This document shows positions 1 through 11,785 of a stretch of DNA of 64,000 nucleotides, piece after piece. A program made the translations under genes and the position numbers. Location of the stretch: assembly GCA_964016885.1 (NCBI GenBank), contig OZ024741.1:237274001-237338000 (forward strand). The letters are read 5' to 3'. The notes below the pieces were generated by a model. The model made no database searches and was not told where the DNA came from. It worked only from the letters and a program-made list of their open reading frames with translations. Each line of letters starts with the position of its first letter. Within the stretch, counting starts at the first letter, position 1. The stretch comes from Eledone cirrhosa. Taxonomy: Eukaryota.

Positions 1-840
1 TATATATATATATATTCTAATCAAATCCCCCGAGGTCAACTTTACCTTTTATCCTTCCGTGGTCGATAGAATAAAGTACCAGTTAATTATTGGGGTTGAT
101 CTAATCGACTTTTCCATTCCTCAGTCATAACTGCCCTTGTGCCTAAAGTAGAAATCAGTGGATTGGCAGTATCGGTAGAGGGTCTGACGCTATGCTTTGC
201 AGCAAAGAGTTACGCCCCTTTATGGTTTGAGTTCAAATCCCGCCGAGGTTAACTTTGCCTTTCATCCTTACGGGGTCGATAAAATAAAGTACCAGTAATG
301 CACTGGATAATTGCTGGCCTTGTGCCAAAAGTAGAAACAATTATATGTATGTGCGTGTATTTGTGTTGACGTTTACTATTGTCTGTATATATCTCATAAC
401 TTAGAGGTTCGACAAAAAGAGATCAATAAATTAAATATAAAACTTTTTTAACTGGGGTTGACGTAATCTACTACATCCTTTCAAGACGCTGCCCCAGCAT
501 CTCAGCGATCAAATGACTAAAACTAATAGAAGGATAAACGATTATATATATATAAATTAGATATATATATATATATAAATATAAATTAATATATATATAT
601 ATCTATAAATTAACTTTGTTAAATAATCAACAAATTATATAACCCACTGTTTATATATATATATATATATATGAATACATATGAATGTAGGTGCGTAATA
701 AAGAAGTGGGGTGCGTAATAAAGAAGTGGGGTGCGTAATAAAGAAGTGGGGTACGTAATAAAGAAGTGGGGTACGTAATAAAGAAGTGGGGTACGTAATA
801 AAGAAGTGGGGTGCGTAATAAAGAAGTGGGGTACGTAATA
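1..840. repeat. Copy 1 of a near-identical local duplication (matches 7543-8310, offset 7542)
   Basis: 15-690 reads the same as 7557-8232 (SINEs, TA tracts, start of the 20-bp array). Confidence 0.95.
691..840 (+). repeat. 20-bp tandem minisatellite GT(G/A)CGTAATAAAGAAGTGGG, ~7.5 units
   Basis: Head-to-tail units at 691, 711 ... 831 with no spacers. Confidence 0.97.
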
Positions 841-1429
841 TGAGTCTTTAAAAGGCGAGATATTGAGAAGGAACTGTAAGTCGGTAGAGAGTCGTTTTCG
901 GTCATTGATCGAGGACGAACGATTAGGTGACAGGACCCCTACCGCTTTTCTCCGGCATTTGCGGGAATTGAGCGATTCCCAAGATCAGGATAGCCCTTTC
1001 CTGAAGCAATTGTTCTTCTCTCGCCTACCTCAAGAGGTACAGGCGATCCTAGCCCATATGCTAGAAGTAAATACCCTCGACCACATTGCTGTCTCTGCTG
1101 ACAAAATTGTAGAAGTGACGAAGAGAGACACTTCGAAGCAAAAGTACGTTGCTTCCTCTTCTCTTCCTGAATCACGCTCATCAGCGAGTGATGAGAAATT
1201 AGTCAAAACAATGGAGGCCATGACTCGTCGGGTGGCGGAGTTGTGCCAGGAATTCAGGTCTTTTGGGCGGCAGAGGAGCCGCTCACGAACATATTCAACT
1301 CCTCGCTACCGTAGCCCTTCCAAAACACCAAAACCACCATATTGTTATTACCATGACAAATATGGTGACAAAGCCGCCCATTGTAGGCCTCCTTGTGCTT
1401 ACGAGGGAAACGACGACCAGAGTCACTAA
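839..1429 (+). CDS. gag: Gag C-terminal part (N-terminus missing)
   Basis: [11 protein letters not shown]...[16 protein letters not shown]...LFFSRLP and a Cys/His box [18 protein letters not shown]. Confidence 0.85.
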   Translation, partial: YESLKGEILRRNCKSVESRFRSLIEDERLGDRTPTAFLRHLRELSDSQDQDSPFLKQLFFSRLPQEVQAILAHMLEVNTLDHIAVSADKIVEVTKRDTSKQKYVASSSLPESRSSASDEKLVKTMEAMTRRVAELCQEFRSFGRQRSRSRTYSTPRYRSPSKTPKPPYCYYHDKYGDKAAHCRPPCAYEGNDDQSH

Positions 1430-1468
1430 CGGCGGATAGTGCGCTCTGCGAAACATCATCCAACCGCC
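1405..1468 (+). promoter_or_regulatory. -1 programmed ribosomal frameshift signal (G GGA AAC plus stem-loop/pseudoknot)
   Basis: Heptamer 1405-1411 is in the gag frame and pol is in the -1 frame. Stem 1418-1428/1437-1448; loop GGCGG can pair with CCGCC 1464-1468. Confidence 0.85.
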
Positions 1469-4400
1469 ACTTTTTCATTGAGGACCTCCTATCAGGTAGA
1501 GCCTTTCTGGTTGACACAGGTGCAGTTTGTTCAGTATGGCCTGTGTGTTGTATGAAGGAGACTCCCCCTGAGACACCTATTGAGTTGCAGGCAGTAAATT
1601 GTTCGCCGATTCGAACCTTCGGACAAATCTCGCTACCTTTGCAGTTCCGTAATCTGCGGCGTGAATTTAAATGGATATTTACTGTCGCTGCCTTGCCGTA
1701 TCCGATTCTAGGCGCTGATTTTCTCCACCATTTTTCATTGACGGTGGACCTCCGTCGTAAACGCCTAATTGATGGCATCACTGGTTTAACTGTTGTTGGC
1801 AAGGCAGCAGGAGTTCCAACGGTTAGCCCGACCTTTTTTCTTGCTAACACCGGTGATACTTACCATGCGTTGTTGAACTCGTTCCCGCAACTGACTCAGG
1901 GAAATTTTCGAGTTGATGAGCCAACTCATACCACGGAGCACTTCATAACTACAACTGGTGCTCCCGTTTTTTCTCGTCCTCGTCGCTTGCCTCCGGACAA
2001 ACTCAAAGCAGCACGATCAGAGTTTGATCATATGCTACAGTTGGGGATTATTCGTCCGTCCACGAGCCCGTGGGCGTCCCCATTACACATGGTACCGAAA
2101 GCGACTGGCGATTGGAGACCTACTGGAGATTATCGACGCTTAAATTCGATAACGGAACCGGACCGTTATCCTATCCCTCATCTGCAAGACTTTGCGTCTT
2201 CGTTGCAGGGATGCAAGATATTCTCCAAACTGGATTTAATTCGTGCGTACCATCAAATTCCTGTCCATAAAAATGACATTCCCAAAACGGCTATAGTTAC
2301 GCCATTTGGGTCATTTGAATTTTTGACCATGCCGTTCGGATTAAGGAATGCCGCTAGTACGTTTCAGCGGTTTATGGATGAGGTTACTCGTGGCCTCGAT
2401 TTCGTCTATACCTATATTGACGACCTGCTCATTGCTAGTTCTTCTCAAGAGCAACATACGCACCATTTGAATCTTCTTTTCCGCCGATTGAAGGCGTATA
2501 ACGTGCAGATTAATGCACCCAAATGTGTTTTTGGTGCTGAGTCACTGACTTTCTTGGGTCACGTCATCGATGCTGACGGTATTCGACCCCGGCCTGAGCG
2601 AGTTAAGGTCATAGAGGATTTGCCTCCACCGACCTCACTACGTCAGTTACGCCAGTTCTTAGGCCTGATTAACTTTTATAGGCGTTTCGTGCCAAATTGT
2701 GCAAGATTGCTTTTCTCCCCGACGGATATTTTAAAAAATTGTCGGAAGAAGAACAAAGACATTTCTTTGACCGAGGCTCAACTTGCTGATTTTCATCACG
2801 CCAAAACTGCTTTGGCTAATGCCTCTTTACTGGCTCACCCGGTACCCGGTGCAAAGCTAACGCTTTGTGTTGATGCATCGGATATCGCTGTGGGCGCAGT
2901 GCTACAGCAAAACATCAATGGTTACCAGCAACCGCTGGAGTTTTTTTCCAGAAAGCTGAAACCTGCTGAGACGCGCTACAGCACCTTTGGAAGAGAGCTT
3001 TCGGCCATCTATTTAGCCGTGAAACATTTTTCACATATGCTAGAGGGTAGACTGTTTGCTATCCTCACCGACCACAAACCATTGACTTTTGCGTTGAGAG
3101 CGAAGGCTGATAAATACTCGCCCAGAGAGACAAGACACCTTGATTTCATCTCGCAATATACGAATGATATCCAACACATTCCGAGTTCACTGAATACAGC
3201 GGCCGATGCTTTGTCCCGCTTACCCGTGACAGCGATCTCGTCACCCTCTGACATAGATCTGACTCGTTTGGCTGCGGATCAGCCTCCCCTTGGGTCATTG
3301 GATGTTACATCGCCCGAGTTTGCGAATTGCGAGATGAAATACTTGCCTCTGTCGACTGCAGTTGGCCAAATTCTATGTGACGTCTCTTTGGACGTGCCTA
3401 GGCCCTTCGTTCCAGAGAATCATCGTCGGACCGTGTTTCTGGCATTACATGGTTTCTCGCATCCAGGATCTTCTGCCACAGCAAAGCTCATATCAACTAG
3501 ATTTTTCTGGCCAAATATGAGGCGTGAAATTGCTGCTTGGTGCCGTTCCTGCGTCGCTTGCCAGAAATCAAAGGTCCATCGACACGTCAAGGCTCCCCTG
3601 GGTACCTTTACTAACCCAGATGCACGTTTTTCGCACATTCATATTGATATAGTGGGACCTTGGCCTGTCAGCGATGGTTATTCTTATCTGCTGACCATAA
3701 TTGACCGTTTTTCGAGATGGTCTGAAGCCATCCCCTTGAAAAACATCACCGCTGAGACAACAGCGCGTGCTCTTATGTCTGGATGGATCTCTCGTTATGG
3801 AGTTCCATCCATAGTAACTACCGACCGTGGACGACAGTTCGAGTCGAGCCTTTCCCTCGAACTGTCAAAATTAATTGGTGCTAAACGCATTAGAACTACG
3901 GCGTACCATCCCGCTTCGAATGGTATGGTGGAGCGTTTTCACCGACAACTGAAGGCCTCCTTAATGGCCTCAATGGACTCGGCGCATTGGAGCGAGTACC
4001 TCCCTATTGTGTTACTAGGGATTCGGTCAACAGTGAAGGTCGACTTTGGATTTTCACCGGCCGAAGTACTGTACGGTGCCCCTCTGACGTTGCCCAGGCA
4101 AATGCTTGCCCCTATCGATCTCGATGCCCAAGATCACGCTTCCTACGTGTCCCATTTGCGCTCCTATTTCCAGGATTTGCCGCCAATGGACACTAGGAAA
4201 CAAACTGTCAAGACTGCTGTCCCGAGGGATGTTGCCTCGTGGACGCATGTCTTTGTAAGGAAAGATTCTGTGAAGCCCCCGCTCACATAGCCTTACACTG
4301 AACCTTACCGTGTCTTAGCGCGCTCGGCTAAGCATTTCACTTTAGATATTAAAGGGTCCAGAGAGACAGTTACAATAGACAGGCTTAAGCAGGCACACCT

Positions 4401-4563
4401 TGACACGGACGCTGTGGTTCCTGATCCACGAACCCCTTCGTATTTGCCTGTTGAGCGATCGCCTGTCCCTACACCACCACCATCGCCACGTTACAAGACC
4501 ACGACCCGTTCAGGTCGTAGGGTCCACTGCACCAAAAAATTTTGCAGCACTGTCTATGTTTAG
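1405..4563 (+). pseudogene. pol: Pol polyprotein (protease, RT, RNase H, integrase) with premature TAG at 4288-4290
   Basis: FLVDTGA, YIDDLL, DAS...TDHKPL, HHCC and D-D-E integrase motifs. The frame continues past the TAG through a GPY/F-like region and TRSGRRV to TAG 4561-4563. Confidence 0.93.
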
Positions 4564-4776
4564 ACTGTGTCAGCTGCACCTTTTTCTTTTGCTTCTGTGT
4601 TTCTGCTTTTTTCTTTGCCTGTTTTTTATGCATGCATGTTGTTGTTTTTTTACATTTTTCAAATCCTTATTTTGGATTTAATGATTGGTAGAGCGAATAG
4701 CTCCCCCTTGTTGCATTGTTCGCCATCTTACTCCACGTGTGAGTAATAACATCGATTTTCGATGATTTGAAAATCT

Positions 4777-4955
4777 GGAAGGGGATACTGCAGTAAGACG
4801 CCTCACGCCTCCTGGCGGATAATGGAACAACCCTAGTTGTCTCCCCCTGGTTGAGAACACCAGAGGTAAACAGAGACAGCCACGGGAAAGCAGACTAAAT
4901 ACACGCCACAGAAAACAACCTCTGTACCACGAAACGATAAACAGCAAACCCCACA
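4777..4955 (+). mobile_element. Polypurine tract (4777-4787) and putative 3' LTR (TG 4789 ... CA ~4955)
   Basis: GGAAGGGGATA precedes TG. The right boundary is uncertain without a second LTR. Confidence 0.55.
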
Positions 4956-5065
4956 ATACCTTTGTAATTGTAATTCACCACAACTGACCGCGTCTATATT
5001 TGGTATGTTTCATTTGTAATATAATAAACACATATAAACAAAATAAACATCACCATTATTTACAT

Positions 5066-5217
5066 TTGCTTTCCAGCATAGTTACGTCCCTTTACGATCT
5101 GATTTCAAATCCCGCCGAGGTTGACTTTGCCTTTCATCCTTACGGGGTCGATAAAATAAAGTACCAGTAATGCACTGGGTAATTGCTGGCCTTGTGCCTA
5201 AAAGTAGAAACAATTAT
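5066..5217 (+). mobile_element. tRNA-derived Nin-domain-like SINE (partial); one example of a very abundant family
   Basis: Box-B-like TTCAAATCC and GCCTTTCATCCTTACGGGGTCGATAAAATAAAGTACCAG. Other copies include 157-343, 13627-14015 (x2), 33753-33940, 6048-6153(-), 56210-56390(-), 58785-58900(-). Confidence 0.8.
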
Positions 5218-6270
5218 TTACATTTGTTGAATATAACTCTCGTTGTGGTTATTGTCTTGTTTACGCACACACCCACTCACTTTGTCATAATTTTCAGTTA
5301 CAAAAATGGTAAATAGACGAGGGACCTTCCCTCACGTCTATGTCGATAAACAATCCAACTAGGATACATCCTTTTACCACACCCTTAATGTAATTTATTT
5401 TAATACACTGGTATAATTTATTCTTTTTTTTTTTTTTCAATGATAAAACGATAATTTTTTTTTTTACTTAAAATACTGTGCATTTCGGAAATTTAGAAGG
5501 CTGTTATTATTGTATCGTTGTCAGAGCTACCTTATCAGACGGGCACACTAGGCATTTTTCTATTTTTTGTTTGGTAGATCTAGATAGAAGTTCAGTACCC
5601 ATGGTTTTCATATGGTCTCCGAAACCAGGGACATGTGGACAAGAAGGAGGGAGTGTAGAGTGGGGTTAAGGGGTTCGCTTCTCAACCATGTGGGTTCGGG
5701 TTCAGTCCCACTGCGTGGCACTTTGGGCAAATATCGTCTATAATATTTGGTGGATTGATATCCTGCATACATACACAGACACACACATATATATATACAA
5801 TACATTAGGGTGGGGGTGGGGGCAACAAGGAAAAAGAATAACCGAGAACAATACAGTATAATGATATATATGTATATATATATATATAAATGAAATAGAA
5901 TGAAACGAAATTTCATTTCTCACTCTTAGTACGGCACTTACTTAAATGTAAGTATGTATGTATACAGACGTACAGTAGTATCTATATATATACATACATG
6001 CACACATATATATATATGCACGTATCGGTTTACCGAACATTTATTATAATTGTTTCTACTTTAAGCACAAGGCCAGCAATTACCCAGTGCATTATTGGTA
6101 CTTTATTTTATCGACCCCGTAAGGATGAAAGGCAAAGTCAACCTCGGCGGGATTAATGCTCGGTTTGTTTGTTTGTAAATAAACAAACAGCCAGAATTAC
6201 GCCGTACAGTGTTTAGGCAACCACGTCACCTTTTTGGAAAGTATATACTTTCAGACGTTCAACCATCTGG

Positions 6271-6329
6271 CAGGAAGGTATACGATGCTGACGATAGCTA
6301 ATAAGCTTGAAACTAGTACATCGTTCCTG
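6271..6329 (+). ncRNA. Type I hammerhead ribozyme
   Basis: ACGATG-CTGACGA-tAGCTaataAGCTt-GAA-ACTAGT-A-CATCGT. Stem I extends CAGGA/TCCTG across a 6-nt bulge. Predicted cleavage after GTA at 6318. Confidence 0.82.
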
Positions 6330-6539
6330 TGTCAGTGTTGAACAAAAAGGTGACGTAGTTGCCTAAACACTGTACGGTGTAATTCGGGCTGTTTGTTTGT
6401 TTACAAACAAACAAAACGAGCATTATAATAAATGTTCGGTAAACCGATACGTGCATATATATGTGTGCATGTATGTTTATATATACATACTACTGTACGT
6501 CTGTATACATATATGTATGTACGTATACATACATACATA

Positions 6540-6608
<69 letters not shown>

Positions 6609-6865
6609 GGAAAAAATGAAACGAAATTTCATTTCCCACTCTTAGTACGGCTGTTACTTAAATATAAGTATGTACACGTACATACATATATTTATACAGA
6701 CGTACAGTAGTATGTATATATATATACATACATGCACACATATATATATATGTACGTATGGATTCACCGAACATTTATTATAATGCTCGGTGTTTGTAAA
6801 CAAACATCCCGTATTAAGCCGTAGTCTCTAGCAACCATCGTTGCTCGTTTGTTCATCACTGACAA

Positions 6866-6923
6866 AGGAACACTGTACTAGTTTCAAGCTTATTAGCTAT
6901 CGTCAGCAACGTATACCTTCCTG
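6866..6923 (-). ncRNA. Type I hammerhead ribozyme (second copy)
   Basis: Reverse strand: ACGTTG-CTGACGA-tagctaataagctt-GAAACTAGTA-CAGTGT; stem I is kept by G-U pairs. Confidence 0.78.
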
Positions 6924-7357
6924 CCAGATTGTTGAACGTATATACTTACCTTATGCATATTAACGGCTGAGTAGCACAATTTGCATATCGAGTGGGTTAA
7001 TCGGCCGGGTGCACCGAAATCGATAAACGGAAAAAATGAAATGAAATGAAATTTCCCACTCTTAGTACGGCTGTTACTTAAATATAAGTATGTACACGTA
7101 CATACATATATGTATACAGTCGTACAGTAGTATGTATATATATATATACATACATGCACACATATATATATGTACGTATGGATTCACCGAACATTTATTA
7201 TAATGCTCGGTCTGTTTGTAAACAAACATCCCGTATTAAGCCATAGTGTCTAGCAACCACCGTTGCTCGTTTGTTCAAAGCTGACAAAGGAACGCTGTAC
7301 TAGTTTCAAGCTTATTAGCTATCGTCATATATAGCTATTTGTAAAACTGTTATATAT

Positions 7358-7471
7358 TGTATTTTGTCTGATGAAGGCATACCATAATTTAATATGGTAT
7401 CCCTGAAATATGTATAAATATAGTTTCCATTTATTAATATCGTATATCTACTCCAAAAACTTGTCGAGTGC
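7358..7471 (+). ncRNA. Degenerate hammerhead with long stem II plus downstream conserved hairpin
   Basis: CTGATGA 7368-7374, AGG-c-ATACCATA/TATGGTAT-c-CCT, GAAATATGTATA; stem I pairs poorly. Hairpin at 7450-7471. Confidence 0.6.
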
Positions 7472-7542
7472 TTTATATAAGTTATACAAATATTTACTTG
7501 TTGTATCCCAACAACTTTAAATAGAACTTTTGCATATATATA

Positions 7543-8310
7543 TATATATATATATATTCTAATCAAATCCCCCGAGGTCAACTTTACCTTTTATCCTTCC
7601 GTGGTCGATAGAATAAAGTACCAGTTAATTATTGGGGTTGATCTAATCGACTTTTCCATTCCTCAGTCATAACTGCCCTTGTGCCTAAAGTAGAAATCAG
7701 TGGATTGGCAGTATCGGTAGAGGGTCTGACGCTATGCTTTGCAGCAAAGAGTTACGCCCCTTTATGGTTTGAGTTCAAATCCCGCCGAGGTTAACTTTGC
7801 CTTTCATCCTTACGGGGTCGATAAAATAAAGTACCAGTAATGCACTGGATAATTGCTGGCCTTGTGCCAAAAGTAGAAACAATTATATGTATGTGCGTGT
7901 ATTTGTGTTGACGTTTACTATTGTCTGTATATATCTCATAACTTAGAGGTTCGACAAAAAGAGATCAATAAATTAAATATAAAACTTTTTTAACTGGGGT
8001 TGACGTAATCTACTACATCCTTTCAAGACGCTGCCCCAGCATCTCAGCGATCAAATGACTAAAACTAATAGAAGGATAAACGATTATATATATATAAATT
8101 AGATATATATATATATATAAATATAAATTAATATATATATATATCTATAAATTAACTTTGTTAAATAATCAACAAATTATATAACCCACTGTTTATATAT
8201 ATATATATATATATGAATACATATGAATGTAGGTGCTTAATAAAGAAGTGGGGTGCGTAATAAAGAAGTGGGGTACGTAATAAAGAAGTGGGGTGCGTAA
8301 TAAAGAAGTG
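7543..8310. repeat. Copy 2 of the local duplication, with ~4 units of the 20-bp minisatellite (8233-8310)
   Basis: Direct match to 1-770. Confidence 0.95.
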
Positions 8311-8405
8311 AGTATACGCATGTGTGGACGTATGAATAAATATGAAAGTGGATGTGTATTAAAGATATTAGTTGGAAAGGAAGTGTGAGTGAGTACAGAA
8401 AGCAA

Positions 8406-8519
8406 TAAATAAAAGAGAGGAGTGCAGATCAGTGTGTTCAGTTGGAGTCCAGCAGCTAACGAACCAGGCAGCGTATTACAAACTCTCTTCTCCAGTGAAC
8501 TTGTCTCCTTACTGTACAG
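8406..8519 (+). promoter_or_regulatory. Candidate core promoter and non-coding first exon (possibly OAT)
   Basis: TAAATAAAA 8406-8414, Inr-like TCAGTT 8438-8443, an ATG-free stretch, donor AG|GTAAAT at 8519/8520. Confidence 0.35.
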
Positions 8520-9413
8520 GTAAATCTTTATATTTAACACGCATATAAGATTTGATTGTATATATTTATAGAATATTATTTAGTCGCATTGGAAAAGATT
8601 CCGGGGAACTTAGTCCAGCCACAGGGAGAAACCCCCTAACTTCGATAAATGACCGGAAAAAAATATTTGATATATTTTCATTCATTTATCAAAGCATGTA
8701 TATATATATATAATATATTGCGTGTTGACTGTATTAAATGTACACTACATGCGTATACATATATACAGAGCGCGCGCGCACACACATATATTAGAGAGAG
8801 AGAGAGAGAGAGATGTCTTTGCATGTAATGTGAGTTTTACAACTGGTTCTGTACAACCCACGTTATTGTTTACATATGTATGCCGGTTAATGAGTGTCTG
8901 CTAAATGTTTTCATATAATGCCGACCGGGACAAAGCTAGTCAGCATATTGTGCAGAGATTTTATCTCCAAATATATACTATTTATTCTAGTAGTTAAATT
9001 ATGCTAACGCATTCACAGCTGGAAAATAATCTCCGGTCATAAATACAGACATAGATATAACACCCTTAAAGATATGAATATTTTTGACTGCTACAGGCAC
9101 TCTTACGGGTACTAATACGGGCCTATATATATATATATATATATACACAGCAAAGGTAAAACTATATATACAAAGCTGAAAGGAAAGTAAAAAATTATAT
9201 ATGATAGTATATATTTGCCATGGAATCGTAATAACATTTCAAATAATTGGATGTACAACTCCCTTAAAACATGTGTAAGGAAATAAATATGATTTAAAAG
9301 ATAATTTGTCCATCTATACACTTATATACATAAGTTTATCCCGGGTGCAATCGGGGGGGGGGGGGGGGTAACCACAGTAATTAAGGTACTAAATACAAAG
9401 CAGAGTATAACTA

Positions 9414-9535
9414 TTTAATATAGAAAGGCTTCTACAGGACTAGAACTGTTTCATTCGGGAGAAATTATCAGGAAGCCCTGATGATTTCTCCCGAATGAAA
9501 CAGTTCTAGTCTTGTAGAAGCCTTTCTATATTAAA
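9414..9535. repeat. Near-perfect ~59-bp-arm palindrome containing a hammerhead core
   Basis: Arms 9414-9472 and 9477-9535; CTGATGA 9478-9484, TTC/GAA stem II, GAAAC 9497-9501. Confidence 0.8.
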
Positions 9536-10747
9536 CACTTATATATATATGTCTGACTGTGTGTGTATATACACGGAGGTGTGTCTATGTATATACATAT
9601 GTACTTTATATTCTGTCTGTTAATGCATCACACATGCATATGTATATACTCCTAACCTATACATAAATGATATGTATTTAACATTGATTACTATACCACT
9701 TGTCGATAAATAGTTTGAAACGGGGCCGACTTTTGACATCCCGCCTTACCTATTACCTGCTTTGCACGGTCCTGTCTACATATGAATATATACCCATATA
9801 GGTCGAGCTCGACTGCGTAACGGTCGTTCAACCAACTCTGATCATACCGTCTTAGAAATGGAAGGGCAGCGTATATGTTAAGGTCCTAGATAAGCTACCT
9901 GGCCATACTTGAAACATTTTGATTATTGGTATCCTGTATCAAAGCTGACCTAATAAACAACAGCATGTTTTTCTGTCTTATCGTATACCGATCACATAAG
10001 TCAAGACAGAGGTGTTTAATATATGATCGTTTATATATATATATATATAACGGCTACTTCTTTTTTCCCTTTTGCTAAACACACACCCGGAGTTTTTGGT
10101 GCTAAATGTCACCTTTCTGCGAAAAGTTAAACCTATTCTCTGTACACATGTATTGAATGCTCATTCAGTTAATGTTTGATTAGCTATTTGTACATAAAAC
10201 GTCAACACCTATACATAGTTTATACAAACATTTTGGGTAACTTCTACGGGTTCAATCGACTTGTTGAAAATAACCAAAACATGGAGCTTCGACAAGTGTC
10301 GTTTGACCTGCTAGAAATAACAGCTAAATCTCCCTCATAGCACATCCTCTTATTTAAAACAGGGAAGGATACATTGGATAATGTAGTCTTAGATACACTT
10401 CTTGGGCGGGATAGTCACGGCTGGAATATCTTTGATACTAAATCTGCTCTGTCAGGCCTGGCATGGTGCTAGACAACAACGAAAGTTTATATCAATCTGC
10501 ATGGTCTGGCAGGTAAGACCCCCCCCCCCCCAATAATTTGGGTTCATAATATCGTGTCACCCCTACAAAGTTAACTTGACCTTGTACTGTATCCTTAACT
10601 GCAAGAATGCTGGTAACTTGACACTCCCAACCTATTCCGCTGTATTTATTGCGTCAGAAAACTTTGTACACCCGCACTTAACACATTATGTAACGTCATC
10701 ATGTAATACGTATGCATATTAAATAACGGGAATATACGCAATTATAC

Positions 10748-10800
<53 letters not shown>

Positions 10801-11006
10801 ACTTCACATGAAGATGCATTAATATGTGTATGTATACATATAGAGATAGATGCATGTGTGTGTTTATGTATATACACATACACAATGGTGCACTGTCAAC
10901 ATTTTCCGCTTGTGTTTGTAGCCGATATGAGCGATACATACATAGCGAGTATCACATTAATCAGTAAATAAATAGATACAGAAGATTGTTATAATTACTT
11001 CTTTGT

Positions 11007-11038
<32 letters not shown>

Positions 11039-11206
11039 TCCGTTCTTTACTGTTTTTACACATCAGTCTATCCTTGGATTGTTTCACCAGCACACTAATT
11101 TTGTTATGGGGAAGAGGTCGTCAGTCCCCTCGCTCAACCCTCTTGCATCTCTGAAAAAAAAAGTAGCTCAAGACATGATTGGTACTTTATTTATTGACTC
11201 AGATAA

Positions 11207-11785
11207 AGAAGTTCAAGTATCTCGGGGACGTATTCACGACTGATAGAAGGCAGGAGGCTGAATTAAGTGGAAGAATTGCAGTAATGTGTCGGCTTCAGTA
11301 ATCAGAAAAAGGGAGTAGGCGTGAAAGCCAAACTCACTATCTTCAATTCAGTATTCATGCCAACCCTTACCTATGGTCATGAATCTTGGGTAATGGCCGA
11401 AAGAATACGAAAGCGGCCGAAATGGAATTCCTCCGAAAGGTCTTTGAAGTAATGTTACTTGATAAAATGCGTACCTCGAAGATCAGTCATTGCAGGTAGA
11501 GCCACTACTTCTCTGAATTGAGAGATCACAGCTCCGATACTATGGGCATGTGGTTAGAATGTCTCGGGAAAGAATCACTAGGTAGATTTTATGGTCAAAA
11601 CCAACTGGCAGGAGACACAAGTGTAGACCCCGATCAGGATGGTTGGATAACAACCATGATCTGGGCTGGTCATGTTTGGGGATCCAGCAGGATCAGTTGG
11701 AGACGGTTGCTTCTGACAGGACCTGCTGAAAGGAGTGTTTGAGGGCTGCCCCCCTAACCCTCTCAGAAATAAGTAGGCGAAGAAA
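11207..11785 (+). mobile_element. Degraded RTE-clade LINE 3' fragment
   Basis: KFKYLG...DRRQEAELSGRI; PTLTYGHESW; LRYYGHVVRM, with frameshifts. Confidence 0.75.

Larger units (their letters stand above)
839..4955 (+). mobile_element. 5'-truncated Ty3/Gypsy LTR retrotransposon (Mag-like)
   Basis: gag, then PR-RT-RH-IN order, polypurine tract and putative 3' LTR. No 5' LTR or PBS in the window. Confidence 0.93.
5888..7327 (-). mobile_element. Retrozyme-like non-coding element: inverted pair (5888-6545) plus ~1.7 tandem ~420-bp units (6604-7327)
   Basis: Unit restarts at TAAACGGAAAAAATG (6604 and 7024). Copies carry a hammerhead motif, abut (TA)n tracts and have no credible ORF. Confidence 0.8.

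Noticed and set aside
691-840. CRISPR-like array
   Set aside because: Units are contiguous with no unique spacers, there are no cas genes, and the context is eukaryotic; it is a minisatellite.
1254-1850. 198-aa antisense ORF over gag-pol (also 22966-23514 and 43404-44258 antisense to RTEs)
   Set aside because: Shadow frames of retroelement coding sequence with no recognisable motifs.
5645-5745. tRNA gene
   Set aside because: Box A/B-like motifs are present, but there is no clean cloverleaf and it runs into SINE body sequence; it is a SINE head.
6397-7159. Short ORFs rich in YI/CV repeats (also 10742-10971, 17065-17368, 49590-49841, 59351-59638)
   Set aside because: Translations of (TA)n/(TG)n microsatellites.
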